From assembly GCA_964057225.1 (NCBI GenBank), contig OZ059899.1:7936001-8000000 (forward strand): a DNA stretch of 64,000 nt. The letters are read 5' to 3'. Of the stretch, positions 59,408-64,000 are shown one piece after another; within the stretch, counting starts at the first letter, position 1; the number at the start of each line of letters is the position of its first letter. This DNA is from Auanema rhodensis (Eukaryota > Animalia > Nematoda). Made by a program: the position numbers and the translations under genes. Under the pieces are notes generated by a model, which was not told the DNA's origin, did no database searches, and worked only from the letters and a program-made list of their open reading frames with translations.

Positions 59408-60719
59408 ATGCTCGGCGAAGAGCTGCTGTCGACGCCATCTTCCATGGCTGCTCGATGTTCTCTGATCTCATCGACGTCTTCTATTGTTTCATCTACGTCT
59501 TCATCGTCTTTCAAAGTCTACAATTCTAATTCTGGAAGTAGTAGCAATTCAAGTGAAATAGTACAACCAACTCCAATCCGTCCACATCCAACAGTAAATG
59601 GTCTAGCTCTCTACCAGGTTTGTTCTTACTTCCTTATATTGAAATTAAAGCCTTATTAAGAAAATTGTGAAAATCCTAATATTTTTCTATTAACTATACG
59701 TAATTATTAAATTATATGTTTATATTTATATATTATTATTAAGAATTTTGTTCTTAATCCATAACATGACCTCCAAACAATTTCATCCGAACTTTCGCTG
59801 AATGTCCTTCTTTATATACATATATGTATATCTATTATTTAACCAACTTTATTCAAATTAGTTTATCATTTAATTAAAAATATTTAAAATTGAAAAGCTT
59901 TTAAAAGATTCAAATGATTTATTTTACTTTAAGTATATTGTATATTTTTGAATTTCAGTTATATCTTTCAAATCTTGTACCTGCTACATCTCAATCACAA
60001 TTACCTCCTCCTATAGTAGTTGGTAAAGCTTCACATTGGGTTAATCCTGCCGAACGTCGTCAAACCTCAAGGTAATCGAACATGTCACTTTAAAAGGCAA
60101 TTTTTAGTGAGGCTAAGCTTAAAACTTATAACCTTGAATTTTGGTTATAATTAGCTTCTCTCTCTTTTCCTCAATACATAATTAGACTATTCATTTCAGT
60201 TTGAATTAATTTTAGAAAAAAAATGTCCCTTCAATTGATTTTTCATTGTTTAAAAACTAAATGTGAGATGAAACTATGCTAATTTATTAGAATATATATA
60301 TATAATTTTGATTTATGTTACTTTTATTGCAAGAGACGGTTGGTTATATTGTATTCTAATACTATATAATTATAAAAACTTTATTCAACCTTTTTCTTGA
60401 AATGTTTCTTTTTAATTTCAGTCCTGAAGTTCATAGTACTACATCACCCGTACCATGTGGCTCAACTCCTGTTTCTAAATATAATTGGCTTTCACATTAC
60501 TCAACAGATACTGAATCACGTTATGAATTTGATACTGAAGATATATTAATGAATCGTGAGGTAATTCATAACATTTCTAATAATTTTTATTATAAATTAT
60601 ATAAATTAATTTATATTTTTCATTTTTTTTTTCAAATATTAGGCTATTGATTCATCTGTATGTGCAATCTGCTCTGATCGATCATCTGGTCTTCATTATG
60701 GAATTTATACATGCGAAGG
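59408..60719 (+). CDS. nhr-91: Nuclear hormone receptor, NR6A/GCNF/HR4 class (nhr-91-like); 5' exons only, gene continues beyond the window
   Basis: Exons 59408-59617, 59959-60071, 60422-60560 and 60643-60719 splice in frame from a Ser-rich A/B region into [26 protein letters not shown]|. GLHYGI..CEG is characteristic of NR6A/HR4 first zinc fingers. No CKGFF exon is seen before 64000, implying an intron longer than 3 kb. The ATG lies just after an acceptor, so further upstream exons are possible. Confidence 0.82.
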
Positions 60720-63700
60720 GTATGTTTTAATTTATTTTTGTCTTTTATCTCATTTCAAATTATTTTTTTATTTTTTTTCAAATTTTATCTATTTAACTTT
60801 TCTGTCTCAAGTAGCTAGAGCTACCTTGGCTTATTCATCACACTCAAGATAATCTCTTATCCAAAGAATTATTTGTATTTAAGTTGAATCTTTTGACGAA
60901 TAATATTCAAACTTTCAAATTTTTCAATTTTTTTCATTCACCGTTTCTAAAATATTATATTTCGTTTCTATTCAATAGAAAAGTATCATATAGTAACAGT
61001 ACTTGTTTCTTAAACTAATCTTATGGTTTTTTTTTTGATCAAAATGAGGTTTTCATGATATACCTACACGTGTCGGCCTTGTTGGCTATGGTCATTTCCA
61101 CTAACTGACCTCAATTCTTTGAACACATTTTTCTCTTTCTCTTTATATTACTCTGCTTTCTTTTTTTTTCGAATTCTTCCTCATTCTATCTCTTTGGTTA
61201 AACCTTTAAGTCTAGTTCAAATCACCTTTACGTCAAAACCAGGTTGAGCACCTCAGAAATTAGTTTCACCTACAACTGACCAATTTTCTGACTAACTATT
61301 TGGCCTGAGAATTGGTTTTCCAAGTTTACAGTTTACAGTTTTTCAAAATATTTATGAAAAATAATTTTAATTGTAGGTAGATTAATAACTGATTATAATT
61401 AGTTTACTACATAATAATATTTTTAAAATTAAACTTGATATTTCAAAAAAAAAGTTTTTTGAAGCTGGACACGTTAGAAGTCGGTTGACTGCGTGGTCGT
61501 TCGTTGTCTTCATTTACTTCTTCTCTTTCTTCTATTCTTTCTCAACACATGACTGAAACAGTTATTGTAGTAGTGCATGGCTTCTGAAGATGATTTGTAG
61601 CGCATCTAATGGCAGACGACGCGACCTCGAGACAGCAGAAGTCAAGTTGTTTCCTAATCATTTGAAAAAAAATGCTTACAGCTTACAATTGTTGTTCATT
61701 GTATTTGCTATTAAAAGTAAAAATGCGATGAATTTGATTTTACTATATTACACTATAAAACTCTTCAAGTCTTACTTCTGGCTCACTTATCTACCGTCCA
61801 GCTTGTATACGGCAACAGAATATGTTCAGTCGATATCATGATCATATTCTGAATCAAGCATGAGTGGAAACATGTATAAGTGTAAGACAAGTACGATAGT
61901 TCTCTATGTTTCTTTGTGTACGTTCATATATAGAAAGGTAAAATAGGCAGCATAGGGCACTGCCGTCGTCACCTTCACCAGTTATCGTCGTGGTCGAGAC
62001 GACGTCAGTCTTCTACAGCATGTCGTTCTCTCCTCTTCTTTCCTCTCCCCAATTCCAACTTTCCGGTTGTAATGTTTTCGCTGTCATCGTCAGTTTTTTC
62101 ACTACAGCAACATAGACGATGACTACGGCTTCTGCTGTCTTGCTGCTACATGCGTCGACAGTTCCCCCCATCACCGTCATCAGTTGCTGGCAAGTTCCTC
62201 AGACAAAGTTAGCATTATCGTTCGTTCACAAAATTTGAAAAAAGAATGAAGACACATCTTCTTTTTGTTTTCTTTTTTCCTGTCTATTGTTATGAGTTTT
62301 GATAATTTGCATATTTCATTACTATACTATGAAGCTTCTTCTTGAAATTACTTTAACAAGGTAATTACTATAATTCTATTTCTTCTACTTATAAGTATTT
62401 ATAATTCAATTGATTATATTAAACATATACTAATACTTTAACTATATTTTATGTTCAAAAAAAACTTTGAAAAAAATATAGAAATATAGTAATTTTCATA
62501 AAAAAAATTATTATATTTATGTAAGAAAGTCGCATGAATGGCAGGTTTTTCAGTTGTCTATCGTTCTAGTTTTCTCGTTGATAGCCAGTAAAACAGGACT
62601 ATCGTCGTGTCAAGTTGCATGTGTTAAAAAAGTTAGAAATAAATGACGACATCACACCTGATGATGATGATGATGATACAATATTCTGTTATCAAGTAGT
62701 ATCATTAGAATTTTGTACCATTGCTAATAATTATAAATATAAACTCATTTGTTTTATTTTTTTTTTTTCAAAAAACAAAAATGCATATATTTTGGAAAGT
62801 TCGCGAAGAATTCTGCCTTCTTTGATACTATCATTAAACAACTTGATCATTTTTCTTTAAATTTTCGTCACTTTCTCAGCAAAATTTCTATTAAAATACT
62901 TTTTTTAGTTCATTCACCAATGTCTTAATTCAGAAAAAAATATTTTTTTCCCCAACATCATGTTTTCAAACTTGATTGAAGTATTATTTTCTTCTTCATA
63001 TGAATAAACTAAACCAAATTACGTACACAAAAACTGATAGCTCGAAATTTTTATGTCAAATTTGGACAAAAAAAATCAGAGTATGTCGTTGTGAATGTGG
63101 GGCGGAGAAGGACGGGACGACCTTTGTGTCAGCCGCACCACATACGGTCCGCTCGGGAATCCGACGACGTTAGACCTCTTGAAGTAGACGAGTCAGACTG
63201 TGTCGTTGTTGCTTGTGCTGCACATATAGTTCTCATAAACTCTATTTCCTTCATTTTTTAAAATTATAATTTTATAATATAAATAAATAAAAGTATAAGG
63301 TTTTATTAAATCTTTCATGTAGATTTAGAAGTTCAGAAATTGACCTTCTATTCTGACCTTAGTCAATGACCAGTTCTACTACTTTCACCAGACCTCTATC
63401 CTTTATCCATAACCTCAACTGTATAAACATTCTGCTTTGACAATTGTTTTTTTCACTATTTTTCATATAATTTGTTTTTCTTTTATATGTTATCGTAATG
63501 ACATATTTCGTTGTCTTCATTATTAGGTTTTTTCTCGATTGTACTGTTAGGTTTGATGTTTCATGGTTTTCAAAGATTGATTCATGGCCAAACACTGTTT
63601 CAAACTTAAAAAACTACAGTTTTTGGGAATCTTAATCAATTCTCTTAAATGAAAAACCTCCTTGGTAATCGTCCTGCATTCTACATTTTCGTTTGAATTC

Positions 63701-64000
63701 TTTTGTGTTTTTTTCTGCCAAAAATTGCAAAATTTGACGTACTGCCTTGTGCCTTGAACCCAAACGTTCAATCACCACAGTAGAAAGCCTTTGATCGTCA
63801 TCAGAGATGAAGTGTCGGTAAGACGTACGAAGTAATGACTTCAACTTAACACATAGAATACTCTGTCTGGCTGTAGACTGTCTGTATGTAGAGTTGGTAG
63901 TGGTTTTCCGCGATGAATTTGGGTCATTTTGTCCAAGTTTACCTTGGCGCTAGCGCCTCATGGCACCGTCTGTTACTCGTTCGCGTCCGTCCAAGCGTTT

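Overview
Eukaryotic, AT-rich genomic DNA from a rhabditid (probably clade V) nematode, not a prokaryote. Genes have many short (about 40-70 nt) GT-AG introns, so most ORF-track entries are exon fragments or spurious; I assembled gene models by eye. Left to right: a secreted CC-domain/ShKT protein (+), an orphan secreted protein (-), a GC-rich potentially structured element, a PRRC2/BAT2-family gene (+), an SRP (7SL) RNA gene (+), an F-box gene with a GC-AG intron (+), about 19 kb with no recognisable coding sequence, a pat-9-like triple C2H2 zinc-finger gene (+), a very AT-rich block with two tandem Sra-superfamily chemoreceptors (-), a bestrophin (-) and a two-MAM-like-domain secreted protein (+), and the 5' part of an nhr-91/NR6A-type nuclear receptor (+) that runs off the window. 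No tRNA, rRNA, CRISPR or recognisable transposon. I found no convincing new multi-gene system. The best leads are the G.U-rich structured element at 5.9-6.07 kb, frequent AAG/GAG splice acceptors, a variant SRP54-binding loop in the SRP RNA, and a miR-29/83-seed hairpin. Orthology calls are from memory of the families, not from a database search.
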